From assembly GCA_046590925.1 (NCBI GenBank), contig JBKJTC010000315.1, positions 1-57,058 on the forward strand: DNA of 57,058 nt. The letters are read 5' to 3'. The stretch's first letter is position 1; every line of letters begins with the position of its first letter. The DNA is from Lysobacteraceae bacterium. Lineage in GTDB: Bacteria > Pseudomonadota > Gammaproteobacteria > Xanthomonadales > Xanthomonadaceae. This document shows positions 19,820 through 28,922 of the stretch, one piece after another. A model generated the notes under the pieces. The model had not been told where the DNA came from. It made no database searches and was given only the letters and a program-made list of their open reading frames with translations. The position numbers and the translations under genes were made by a program.

Positions 19820-20914
19820 ATGCCCATCAGAACCGTAGAAGTCACCGCGCCCGTCAAAGATGGAGATATCGGCCCGATCAAGGGAAAAACGTATCCGGAT
19901 GCTGAAATCGAGATCAAGGTGCGCGAACTGACCAATGGCGAAAGAGGTCTGCTGAATCCCGAAAAGTACAACGCATCGCAAAGACAGGACCATATCGAAA
20001 ACGCACTGGAACGCAAGAATCAGGACGACATCAAGGCGTACGGCAAAACCACCGCGCAGTTGGCGGACATGGCGAGAGAGCAGGGGTATCTCGACTCGCC
20101 TGCGCACGTCGCATGGTCGCTGGCCGCGAAGGAGCGCAGCGGCGGCTCCCCCGATGCGGCCACGTGGAGGAAAATGGATCCGTTCGGAGGCACCGCGGGC
20201 AACGGCCCGGACGTGCTGCCGACGGGCAAATATCCGGGCGGGGCGTCGACCATTTCGATGGCGCACGACACTGACTGGAGCCTGGGGCGTTACTTCGATG
20301 CCGGTCCGATGAAGGCTTTGCACACGTCGAACGAATCGCCGCTGCAGATGGGCATGTACGGTCTTCAGAACCACAGTACGGTCAGGCCCAAGGTGGATGA
20401 TCTGTACACCACGGGCGGGCACGCCGACTGGGAAGTCAATTACTACAAAGGCAAAGGCGTTCGCATGGGCGCCGCGGAAGCCGGCGATGCATCGCTGGTG
20501 GCGGTGACGAAGGATGTCCCCGATCTCAACAGGACCAATGACGGCCATGCGTCGTTGGCGTCGGCAAAAACAAATCCGTTGGAAGATGGTAACCACTCTT
20601 TGGGCAAGCAGTTCGCGCAGGCGCTCGAAGGCACCAATGGCAATCGGGATGCGGCGGCCGTGGCGGTGGACACCATCAGCAGGACGCCCGGCTACAAGGC
20701 CGATCAGGACATCGCCGTGGTGCAGGGCAAGAACGGCAACTTCATCGCGACGCAAGGGCTGGGCGATGCCGCATTGAATGTCGCCGTGCCGCAGGCGCAG
20801 CAGGGCGATTTCGAACGGGTCGCCACGCAGATGGCGGCGCAACCGCAGCAGAACCAGCAGACCGCATTGGCGCAGCCCAATGAGCAGCAGGAACGCAAAC
20901 CGATGAGCGTATAA
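19820..20914 (+). CDS. Unknown N-terminal domain + divergent XVIPCD-like domain; putative X-T4SS effector
   Basis: AGGAG RBS; no signal peptide; tail NPLEDGNHSLGKQFAQAL...FIATQGLGDAALNVAV plus Gln-rich end. Confidence 0.7.
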   Translation: MPIRTVEVTAPVKDGDIGPIKGKTYPDAEIEIKVRELTNGERGLLNPEKYNASQRQDHIENALERKNQDDIKAYGKTTAQLADMAREQGYLDSPAHVAWSLAAKERSGGSPDAATWRKMDPFGGTAGNGPDVLPTGKYPGGASTISMAHDTDWSLGRYFDAGPMKALHTSNESPLQMGMYGLQNHSTVRPKVDDLYTTGGHADWEVNYYKGKGVRMGAAEAGDASLVAVTKDVPDLNRTNDGHASLASAKTNPLEDGNHSLGKQFAQALEGTNGNRDAAAVAVDTISRTPGYKADQDIAVVQGKNGNFIATQGLGDAALNVAVPQAQQGDFERVATQMAAQPQQNQQTALAQPNEQQERKPMSV

Positions 20915-20938
20915 AGCCGATCCCCCACGGTCGGATGC

Positions 20939-20972
20939 ACGACAAACCCGCCGCAAGGCGGGTTTGTCGTTT
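20939..20972 (+). terminator. Rho-independent terminator
   Basis: ACGACAAACCCGCC-GCAA-GGCGGGTTTGTCGT, perfect 14-bp stem, 24 bp after the stop. Confidence 0.8.
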
Positions 20973-21096
20973 CCGCATGGCAGTCGCGCGGCACGCCGGC
21001 GGGGGTGGGAGGGCAGGGCTGGGAAACATGGGTGTCTCGCTTGCGGGCTGCATCGCTGCGCTAGACTTGGCTCGACCTCATCACAAACGACGATCA

Positions 21097-23601
21097 ATGA
21101 TTGGCGCTTCGGGCAACAAGCGGTCGCATCGGTTGAGTATCGGCCCCTGGCGCATCGATCTGCAGCGCGGCAAGGTCATTGCCGATGACGAACAAGCGAA
21201 GCTGCTCCCGCGGGCAGAATCGTTGCTGTTGCTGCTTTGCAAGTATGCGAACGAGGTCGTGGGCCGCGAGCAGATTCTCGACAACGTCTGGGCCGGGCGG
21301 GTGGTCGAGGATGCTGCGATCAGTCACTGCATCTGGCAGATCCGCAAAGCCCTCGGCGATCACGACAAGGACGTGCTGCAGACCCTGGCGAAGCGGGGTT
21401 ATCTGCTGGCCGTGCCGGACGACGCGTGGCTGATCGAAGAGGATGCGGTCGCACAGCCGACGGAACAGCCGATGGACGAAGACGCGCCATCGCCCGAGGT
21501 ATCCGGTTCGCAAGCGGCTCCCGATCAGGACGCATCGAGGGCCCGCGACGATCCGCCGCTTTTGCGGCCCCGCCTTCGTTTCCGGCGTATCGCAGGCATC
21601 GGCGCTGCGCTGGCTGTGATCGCGCTGATCGGTTTCCTGGCGTGGCAGTCGAAACGCGCTGCGCCGGCGCGCATCGTATTGCAGCCGGAGGTGGAGATGA
21701 CGGTCGCCATGATCGCGCCGAATGCATTGAAATGGGTTCGCGAACCTGTGCTGCGTACTGCGGTCGAGAGCGCTTATCTGCGCGACGGTACGGCGATCGC
21801 CTTCGATCGGCCGCAGCGCCGCAATCCGTTCGCCGGACCGCATCTCCAGGTCGAGGTCGCACCTGGCGCAGCGGGAGAGGTCGTCGCCGAATTGAGCCTG
21901 CGTCACGGCGCGGGTGTCGCGCGCAGGCATTTCCAGGGCTCTGGCAGCGCGCTGGCCGGCGAGGTGCGGGCGATGCTGGACGCCGCGCTGGCGCCGGCCG
22001 CGAAAAAACCGACGCGTGCCGAAGACGCATTGATTTCCGCGCTGACTGCCGACGCGTTGTTCGATCATCAGCGCGCACTGGTCGAATACCGTCGTGCGCT
22101 GGCGCGCGATCCATCCAGCGCGGCGGTGATGGTCGCGATGGCGGTGGCGCTGTACGACCAGGGCAGAGGACGCGAGGCGCTGGCCCTGATCGAGCGCGTC
22201 CGCCCGGATGCAGCGCTGAACGTCGCGCAGCGCTGCGAAATGCAGTTCCTGCTGGTGCAGCTTGCGCCCGACAGACTTGCGTCCCCGCTGTGCGCGCGGG
22301 CCAGTCGGTTGGCGCAGTTCAAGCGCCTGGACATGCGCGAACTGCTGCGCGAGATCGCGGCCGGGCAGGATCGATCCAAGGGCGCGCGGCAGTGGAGTTT
22401 CGATGAAATCATCGCCATCCGTGCGCATATCCGCCTCGGCGAGCTGGCCGAGGCGGAAGACCGGATCGCCCATGCGCAGCGGGTCGTCGCGGACGCCGGC
22501 TGGGAGATGTCGCGATTGAATTTCGAGGCCCAGCGCACGACGATGGCGATGCGCGAGGGCCGGGTCGAGGCCGGCGTGAAAATGGGCATGGCCACCGCCG
22601 ATGCCGTGGAAGCGCTGGGCAGCGCCCGTCTGGCGATCGATCATCGTACCTATGTGATGCGGCTCATGCAGGTCGCGCCGGGCGAGGAAACGGCGGCGCG
22701 CCGCAGGATGCTGCAGGCGCTTGCGGACAAGGCGCGCAGCGTCGGCACGCTGCGCGGCGAGATCGCAACGCTGCATATGCTGGCGGCGCTCGATCGCGAT
22801 CGTCCAGAGGCGTGGCGTTCGCATCTGCAGCGGATCCGTGCATTGATCGAGACGGCTTATACCCCGGCGATGAGCGTCCAGGACAGGCAAGTCGTGCTCA
22901 ACGAAATCCGCTTCGGCCTGCGGTACAAGGAAACGCTCGACGGCGTGGCGGCGTTGGAACGCGCCGGTGCGACCCAGGCGCAGGCGCAGCTGTGGAATCT
23001 GACCCTGCGCGTCGAAGCGCATTTCGCGCGGGACGAACTGCCGCTCGCGGTAGCCGCCGCGGATGCGATGGAACGCGAGAACTTCGATCTGGCCGAGGGC
23101 CATCCATGCCTGTTGGCGTGGCTGTTCGCCGAAGCGGGCCGCTCCGATCGCAGTCTGCTCATGCTCAAGCTGTGCGAGGCAAAACCCTATGACCGCGCTT
23201 CCCAGGCGACCCGCGGAGATTTCGGTCTGCTGGGCCAGGCCAGGCTGTATCAGCTCGGCAGCGAGCCCGGACGCGCCTGGCCCGTACTCCGTCCGCGGAT
23301 CGATGCTTTGCTGGCGACGCCTGCGTTGACCCGGCAGGAAGCCGAGTCGCTGGCCCTGCTGGCACGCCATGCCACGGCAATGGCCGGTGCCGACCGCCAG
23401 CGTCTGCAGCGTGCGCTGGGCGTCGTCGATCAGATCGCCGTGCGCGACGGTGCCGGCCCGACCCTGCGCACCGGCGTGCACCTGCTGCGCTGGCGACTGT
23501 GCGCTATCGCGGGACGCAATGACTGCGGCCCAGTGCTGCCTGCGTGGGCGCAGGAAGAACTGTTCGAGCAGCGGCTGGCCCGTGAGGCTGCCGCCGGCTA
23601 G
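21097..23601 (+). CDS. Membrane-anchored winged-helix/TPR regulator, paralog 2
   Basis: PRAESLLLLL...REQILDNVWAGRVVEDAAISHCIWQIRKALG...QTLAKRGY; TM; shares NPFxGPHLQV, LRPRIDALLA, RQEAE and DGAGP with paralog 1. Confidence 0.88.
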   Translation: MIGASGNKRSHRLSIGPWRIDLQRGKVIADDEQAKLLPRAESLLLLLCKYANEVVGREQILDNVWAGRVVEDAAISHCIWQIRKALGDHDKDVLQTLAKRGYLLAVPDDAWLIEEDAVAQPTEQPMDEDAPSPEVSGSQAAPDQDASRARDDPPLLRPRLRFRRIAGIGAALAVIALIGFLAWQSKRAAPARIVLQPEVEMTVAMIAPNALKWVREPVLRTAVESAYLRDGTAIAFDRPQRRNPFAGPHLQVEVAPGAAGEVVAELSLRHGAGVARRHFQGSGSALAGEVRAMLDAALAPAAKKPTRAEDALISALTADALFDHQRALVEYRRALARDPSSAAVMVAMAVALYDQGRGREALALIERVRPDAALNVAQRCEMQFLLVQLAPDRLASPLCARASRLAQFKRLDMRELLREIAAGQDRSKGARQWSFDEIIAIRAHIRLGELAEAEDRIAHAQRVVADAGWEMSRLNFEAQRTTMAMREGRVEAGVKMGMATADAVEALGSARLAIDHRTYVMRLMQVAPGEETAARRRMLQALADKARSVGTLRGEIATLHMLAALDRDRPEAWRSHLQRIRALIETAYTPAMSVQDRQVVLNEIRFGLRYKETLDGVAALERAGATQAQAQLWNLTLRVEAHFARDELPLAVAAADAMERENFDLAEGHPCLLAWLFAEAGRSDRSLLMLKLCEAKPYDRASQATRGDFGLLGQARLYQLGSEPGRAWPVLRPRIDALLATPALTRQEAESLALLARHATAMAGADRQRLQRALGVVDQIAVRDGAGPTLRTGVHLLRWRLCAIAGRNDCGPVLPAWAQEELFEQRLAREAAAG

Positions 23602-23763
23602 GCCAGCGTCGTCTGCCGGACATATCGCAACGCATTTTCTCGATACCCGCGGGCAGTTGATTGCCATGCGCGGGCGCCAGCGGTTGTTCGATGTGGGCGG
23701 ACATGGGGTCAGTCCATGACACTGCCGCAGGCATCAGCGGCGATGCCGGTCATTTGCAAACCT

Positions 23764-23817
23764 TTGATTCAAATTGGGAAAAAAAATCGAGAGATTTCCG
23801 AGAACCGGTCGAGAGGA
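23764..23817 (+). promoter_or_regulatory. Conserved upstream box B: triple heptamer direct repeat
   Basis: TCGAGAG-ATTT-CCGAGAA-CCGG-TCGAGAG (23787-23815) preceded by TTGATTC..TGGGAAA. Confidence 0.75.
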
Positions 23818-23994
23818 CGCCACTCCGCTACTCGGGAGAGAAGATGGACCAGTTGCTGCCATGTTCGGGTGTTCCGTATGGCAAGCCGCGCAATGGCTCG
23901 CGAATCAGAAGAGGCTATAGCGACCGATCTCGGCGGTGGCCCTCCATCTGCTCAAGTACGAGACCAGTCCACGACTCTTGATCCTGAGGAATAA

Positions 23995-25059
23995 ATGATG
24001 TCCGACAAAGAAAAGCAATGGGATGGACTGGGCAAACTGCTGAACGATATGGGCAGCAATTACGGAAATGCAGTCAGGGACGGCGTGAACCAAAGTGTGG
24101 CGGACGATGCTGCTTTTGCCAAAAAATATTCTGGCGCAGTGCGAGGGGGCACAGGGATGGTCGACTTCAACGCCATCATCACGCCCTCCGATGTCGGGCA
24201 TCTAACGGTCAGCGCGCCTGCCATCGAAGTAGGAGGCAACCCAAAAAATGCATTGCTCCGCACCATTCTGAAAGATCACGGCGCCGAAATAGCCGGTGAC
24301 GTCGGTAATGCGGTGTTGCGAGACCGCCCTGGCTTCGTCAACTCCATTTCAAGCGAAGGCAGTGTGCTTTTTCTGAACACTGGCGCCACGATTACGCCGA
24401 GAGCAAATACAGATTTGATGGATAACATCCAGCTCAATTTCGATATCAAATTCGCGGCAAAGGTTGTCCAGTGGTGCAACGACAATCCAAATGGCGCTGC
24501 CATCAAGGTTGGCGACACGACGATCGCCTACGATAAGAAAATGGTGGATCAGCTTCGCGAAAATGCACAGCAGGTGGAAAACAGGCTGCTCTTCCCGGAC
24601 CGGCGCTCCTCCAATGACGGTGAATTGCCCGGCAAGACACCCGCGCTCACGCCTGACAGTAACGCTAACGTAGTCGCCTCCGCACAAATCAATGGCGCGC
24701 AATCGCCTGAGTTCAAAAACAATCCGACCGTGCAGCAGGTTTCCGCTGCACTTGAGCGCAACGGCATTGCCCTTGACAATCAGAATCCAAGTCTGGTCGC
24801 CGGCTTGGCAGGTGCGGCGGCCAACCTGTCGAAGGTACAGGATGTCGCGTTGACGCCGCAGACCGCATTTGCGCTCGATCGCGACAAGTTCGATCCGGCG
24901 GCCAACCGGGCCTCGGTCAGCATGGATGTCGCCAACAAGCCTTTCGATGAAGTCTGGCGGACAGCCTCGGTCGCATTGCAGCAGACGCAGGCGCCTGCTG
25001 TCGTCGCGCAGGCGCAGGGTCAGGATATGGAGCAGAAACAGAGTGCGCGCACGATGTGA
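23995..25059 (+). CDS. Unknown N-terminal domain + XVIPCD-like domain; putative X-T4SS effector
   Basis: GAGGA RBS; tail NNPTVQQVSAAL..QNPSLVAGL..VQDVA..TAFALDRDKFDPAA..MDVANKPF closely matches the lipase tails. Confidence 0.78.
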   Translation: MMSDKEKQWDGLGKLLNDMGSNYGNAVRDGVNQSVADDAAFAKKYSGAVRGGTGMVDFNAIITPSDVGHLTVSAPAIEVGGNPKNALLRTILKDHGAEIAGDVGNAVLRDRPGFVNSISSEGSVLFLNTGATITPRANTDLMDNIQLNFDIKFAAKVVQWCNDNPNGAAIKVGDTTIAYDKKMVDQLRENAQQVENRLLFPDRRSSNDGELPGKTPALTPDSNANVVASAQINGAQSPEFKNNPTVQQVSAALERNGIALDNQNPSLVAGLAGAAANLSKVQDVALTPQTAFALDRDKFDPAANRASVSMDVANKPFDEVWRTASVALQQTQAPAVVAQAQGQDMEQKQSARTM

Positions 25060-25198
25060 GTGAATGACTCTGCCGGAGAGTATCGCGGTGCCGCGTACTG
25101 GGCGCAGTCGGTCGATGTGCGTCGTCGCCCGGAGCACCGCGAAGCGGCCGGAATCGGGGCGAAGACAGCCGCGGTACGCAATGATCTTCCAGCGAGAT

Positions 25199-25855
25199 TC
25201 AGCGCTTCTGCTGCGCAGAATCCCGCTGTCCTTCGCTCAGCGTCCAGTCGATCAGCTGCGTCGTCGCCTCGCCGAGCCCGCGCTGGAACGCGCGGTTGAT
25301 CTGCACGACATCGGTGCCGTCGGCGGGCGTGGCGATGTCGAATACGCGGCTGGCGACCACGCGGTTGTCGGCGTTGTGAACAAGCCGGGCGCCGAGTTCG
25401 ATCCGCACGCTCGGCGTGGCGCCGGCCGCGTAATCCGACTCGAAGCGACGCAGGTCGAGCAGCAGTTGATAGCGCGCGCTCACGCCATCGCCGCGACGGG
25501 CGACACCGGCCAAGCGGCCGCTGTCGGTGAATGCGCGCAGCAACGTGTCCTGCACGATGTCCGGCGCGGGTTGCACCCAGGCCGCACCCTTGTAGACCTG
25601 TAGTTCGCCGGGCTCCGGGCGCACGAGGATGCGCGCGGAGTCGTGCATGGTGTCCGCGTACGGGCGCGCGATCTGCAACTGCCAGTTCACGCGCTGCGCC
25701 GATGCATTCGCAGTGTCCTGCGTCGCGCTGCGCTGCGGCGTGGGATCGTACAGCGCCAGCGTTTCCTGCTTCGGCAGGATCCCGCAGCCGGCCAGCGCGA
25801 CCGTCGCGAGGGCGAGCGCGGCGACGTGCAGGGCGGAGCGCGTGCGTGAGGCCAT
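25199..25855 (-). CDS. ABC-type transport auxiliary lipoprotein (PqiC-like)
   Basis: Lipobox LAGC, YKGAAWVQP, LDLRRFESDY; last gene of an Mla/MCE operon. Confidence 0.85.
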   Translation of the reverse strand: MASRTRSALHVAALALATVALAGCGILPKQETLALYDPTPQRSATQDTANASAQRVNWQLQIARPYADTMHDSARILVRPEPGELQVYKGAAWVQPAPDIVQDTLLRAFTDSGRLAGVARRGDGVSARYQLLLDLRRFESDYAAGATPSVRIELGARLVHNADNRVVASRVFDIATPADGTDVVQINRAFQRGLGEATTQLIDWTLSEGQRDSAQQKR

Positions 25856-25890
25856 CGTCTGTCTCGAAAGCATTCGTGCGGAAAGGCGAC

Positions 25891-26814
25891 TCATTTCGGC
25901 TCGAACTCCTTGGGTTTCTGGCGGCCCAGCACATAGCCGGCCGGGTTGTCTTCGAAGCGCGCGCTGATCTTGCGCAGGTCGCGCACCAGCGCCCGCAGTT
26001 CTTCCATCGTCGGGCCGAGCTGGCTCAGGCCGTCCTGGGTGAAACTGTTGATCGCGCCGCGGTTCTCGCCGATCAGTTTGTCGGCATTGTTGGCGGCGGA
26101 ATCCATGCGGCTGAGGGTGCTGTCGAGCTTGGCGATGAGCTGCGGCAGTTTCTGCACCAGTTCGCGGTCGATGGAATTGACCGCGTTGTTGGTGGTGTCG
26201 AGCGTGTCGGCGAGTTTTTCGCTGGAGATGCGCGCGTTGACGATCAGCGTGCTCAGGTCGGCGCGCTGGTCGGAAATCGCGCCGGTGGCGTTTTCCAGAT
26301 TCTCGAGCGTCTTCGCGATGTTGTCGATGTTCTTGTCGCTCAGCACCTTGTCCAGTCGCGCCACGATCTTGTTCGCGGTTTCGGCGATGTTCTGCAGCGC
26401 CGAGGACTCGGTGATGATCGTCGGTATGTCGTCTTCGGTGCCGACCAGCAACGCCGCGTCCGGGCTGCCGCCGGTGAGTTGGATGAACGCGGTTCCGGTC
26501 AGGCCGGTGAACGACAGCTTGGCGTGGGTATCGACCTTCACCGGCGTGCTCGCGCGCAGTTTCACCTTGGCGATGACTTTGCGTGGATCGTCAGGCGCCA
26601 GGCTCAGCGTGTCGACGGTGCCGACGCTGATGCCGTTGTACTGCACGCTGCCGCCCTCGGTGAGGCCGGTCACGGCTTCGTCGAAGATGACGTTGAAATA
26701 CCGCCAGTCCTTCTCGGAGGTGTATTTCGCCGCCCACAGCCCGAACAGCAGCAGGAATGCCGCGATAATCAGGGTGAAGGCGCCGATCAGTACGTAGTTG
26801 GCACGGGTTTCCAT
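25891..26814 (-). CDS. MlaD/MCE-family protein
   Basis: METRANYVLIGAF, VTGLTEGGSVQYNGISVGTV, GLTGTAFIQL, helical tail. Confidence 0.9.
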   Translation of the reverse strand: METRANYVLIGAFTLIIAAFLLLFGLWAAKYTSEKDWRYFNVIFDEAVTGLTEGGSVQYNGISVGTVDTLSLAPDDPRKVIAKVKLRASTPVKVDTHAKLSFTGLTGTAFIQLTGGSPDAALLVGTEDDIPTIITESSALQNIAETANKIVARLDKVLSDKNIDNIAKTLENLENATGAISDQRADLSTLIVNARISSEKLADTLDTTNNAVNSIDRELVQKLPQLIAKLDSTLSRMDSAANNADKLIGENRGAINSFTQDGLSQLGPTMEELRALVRDLRKISARFEDNPAGYVLGRQKPKEFEPK

Positions 26815-26815
26815 A

Positions 26816-27619
26816 TCAATCGCTCTTGACGAAGCTGCGTTGGCTGTCGCGTGCGGCGCGTCCGCGCGGACCGTTGAAATACTCCTGCACCCAAGGGTCG
26901 TCGACGCGTTCGATCTCCGCGATCGGCGCCACCGCGATGATCCGTTTCCGGGATAGCACGGCGACACGGTCGCAGATCGCGTACAGGGTGTCGAGGTCGT
27001 GGGTGATCAGGAATACGGTGAGGCCGAGCGCCTGCTGCAGGGTGCGGATGAGGTGATCGAACGCCGCGGCGCCGATGGGGTCGAGGCCGGCGGTGGGTTC
27101 GTCGAGGAACAGCAGCGGCGGATCCAGCGCGAGCGCGCGCGCCAGACCGGCGCGCTTGCGCATGCCGCCCGACAGCTGCGACGGCAATTTGTCCAGCGCG
27201 TCCGGCGGCAGCCCGGCAAGCTTCACCTTCAGCAGCGCCAGCTCGTACAGCAGCGATTCCGGCAGCTCCGGATGATGTTCCTTCAGCGGCACCTGCACGT
27301 TCTCGCCGACGGTCAGCGACGAGAACAGCGCGCCGTCCTGGAACAGCACGCCGGTGCTGCGCTCGATGCGCAGGCGATCCTCGGCATCGCGCGAGCGGCC
27401 GTCGATGCCGAGGATTTCGATCTCGCCATCGTCGGGTTCGCGCAGGCCGATGATCGAACGCATCAACACCGACTTGCCGCTGCCCGAGCCGCCGACCACG
27501 CCGATGATCTCGCCGCGCTTCACGTCGAGATCGAGATGTTCATGCACCACCTGCTCGCCGAACTGGTTGCGCAGCCCGCGGACTTTGATGATGGGTTCGG
27601 AGGTGCTAGGTGTTTGCAT
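26816..27619 (-). CDS. MlaF-like ABC transporter ATP-binding protein
   Basis: GGSGSGKS, LFQDGALFSSLTV, LSGGMRKRAGLARALALDP, LDEPTAGLDP. Confidence 0.92.
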   Translation of the reverse strand: MQTPSTSEPIIKVRGLRNQFGEQVVHEHLDLDVKRGEIIGVVGGSGSGKSVLMRSIIGLREPDDGEIEILGIDGRSRDAEDRLRIERSTGVLFQDGALFSSLTVGENVQVPLKEHHPELPESLLYELALLKVKLAGLPPDALDKLPSQLSGGMRKRAGLARALALDPPLLFLDEPTAGLDPIGAAAFDHLIRTLQQALGLTVFLITHDLDTLYAICDRVAVLSRKRIIAVAPIAEIERVDDPWVQEYFNGPRGRAARDSQRSFVKSD

Positions 27620-27736
27620 CGTCAAAAATCACGAACACATGGAAGGCGCTGAACATCCCGGCATGCGCCGGGACGACGGTGTTTTTCCAGCGACTGTTCG
27701 GCGACTGTTCGGCTGTCGACGGCATCGGATATTCAC

Positions 27737-28855
27737 TCACCACCCCACCTGCATGAACCAGATCGCGGCGAAGGCGTCGAATATGATCACCAGCGAAATG
27801 GTCTGCACTACGCTGGAGGTGGTGCGTTCGCCCACCGACTGCGCCGTGCCGGTGACCTGAAGGCCTTCGAGGCAGCCGATCAGGCCGATCACCATCGCGA
27901 AGATCGGCGCTTTCGCCATGCCCACCAGGAAATGACGCAGCTCCATCGTTTCTTCGAGTCGCCCGTAATAGGCCTGGATCGGAATGTCGAGACTGCTCGC
28001 GCCCACGAACATGCCGCCGAGCAGGCCGGCCAGCATCGCGATGAAAGTGAGCAGCGGCAGCATCACGATCAGCGCGAGCAGGCGCGGGATCACCAGCAGA
28101 TCGACCGGGTCCAGGCCCAGGGTGCGGATGGCGTCGACTTCCTCGCGGCTGACCATCGAACCGATCTGCGCGGTGAATGCGCTGGCGGTGCGGCCGGCGA
28201 GGATGATCGCGGTGAGCAGCACCGCGAATTCGCGCAGGAACGCGATGCTGACCAGCTCCACGACATAGATGGAGGCACCGAAGTCGGCCAGGATATTCGC
28301 GCCGAGGAAGGCGATGACCGCGCCGACCAGGAACGACAGCAGCATCACCAGCGGCACCGCGTCCAGGCCGACCTGTTCCATGTGGAAGACGGTGGCGATC
28401 AGGCGCAGCCGGCGCGGTTGGGTCACGGTGCGCCCCAGCTTCACCAGGGTCTCGCCGAGGAAGCTCACCAGCGCGACCACTTCCCGGCCGTTGTCGTGGA
28501 CCGCGTGGCCGAGCCGTTCCAGGGCGGCGGCGAAGCCGTAGGCCTTCTTCGTCTTGGGCCGCCCGTCCTTCACATCCTCGATCACCTGCACCAGCGCGCG
28601 GTGGTCGTCGTGGAACTGCAGGGCATCGGCATCCAGTTCGCGACGCGCGACGTAGCGCAGCAGTTGCAGCACGCCCAGCGAGTCGAGCCGCGAGACCGCG
28701 GTGGCATCGAGGCGGCGGGCCGTGTCGGGCACCGTGCGCAGGGCCGCGCTGATGGCGTCGGCGTGGCCGATCGTCCATTCGCCGGACAGACGGACGCCCG
28801 TCGCGTCGTCCGGATCGATGTCGATGCTCGGAATGGCGTGGCTGGGCGGTGTCAT
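27737..28855 (-). CDS. MlaE-family permease with N-terminal STAS-like domain
   Basis: LREFAVLLTAIILAGRTASAFTAQIGSM, EEVDAIRTLGLDP, VGERTTSSVV. Confidence 0.92.
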   Translation of the reverse strand: MTPPSHAIPSIDIDPDDATGVRLSGEWTIGHADAISAALRTVPDTARRLDATAVSRLDSLGVLQLLRYVARRELDADALQFHDDHRALVQVIEDVKDGRPKTKKAYGFAAALERLGHAVHDNGREVVALVSFLGETLVKLGRTVTQPRRLRLIATVFHMEQVGLDAVPLVMLLSFLVGAVIAFLGANILADFGASIYVVELVSIAFLREFAVLLTAIILAGRTASAFTAQIGSMVSREEVDAIRTLGLDPVDLLVIPRLLALIVMLPLLTFIAMLAGLLGGMFVGASSLDIPIQAYYGRLEETMELRHFLVGMAKAPIFAMVIGLIGCLEGLQVTGTAQSVGERTTSSVVQTISLVIIFDAFAAIWFMQVGW

Positions 28856-28922
28856 CGGCGGGCGAATGGGCGCATTGGGCGAAGCATAGCCGAGCGCCGC
28901 GACTTGACGTGCGGGTGTTCAG

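Noticed and set aside
27652-27711. Hairpin TCCCGGCATGCGCCGGGA and GCGACTGTTCG x2 between mlaE and mlaF
   Set aside because: Probably a lone REP-like relic and a short duplication; too little support for a function
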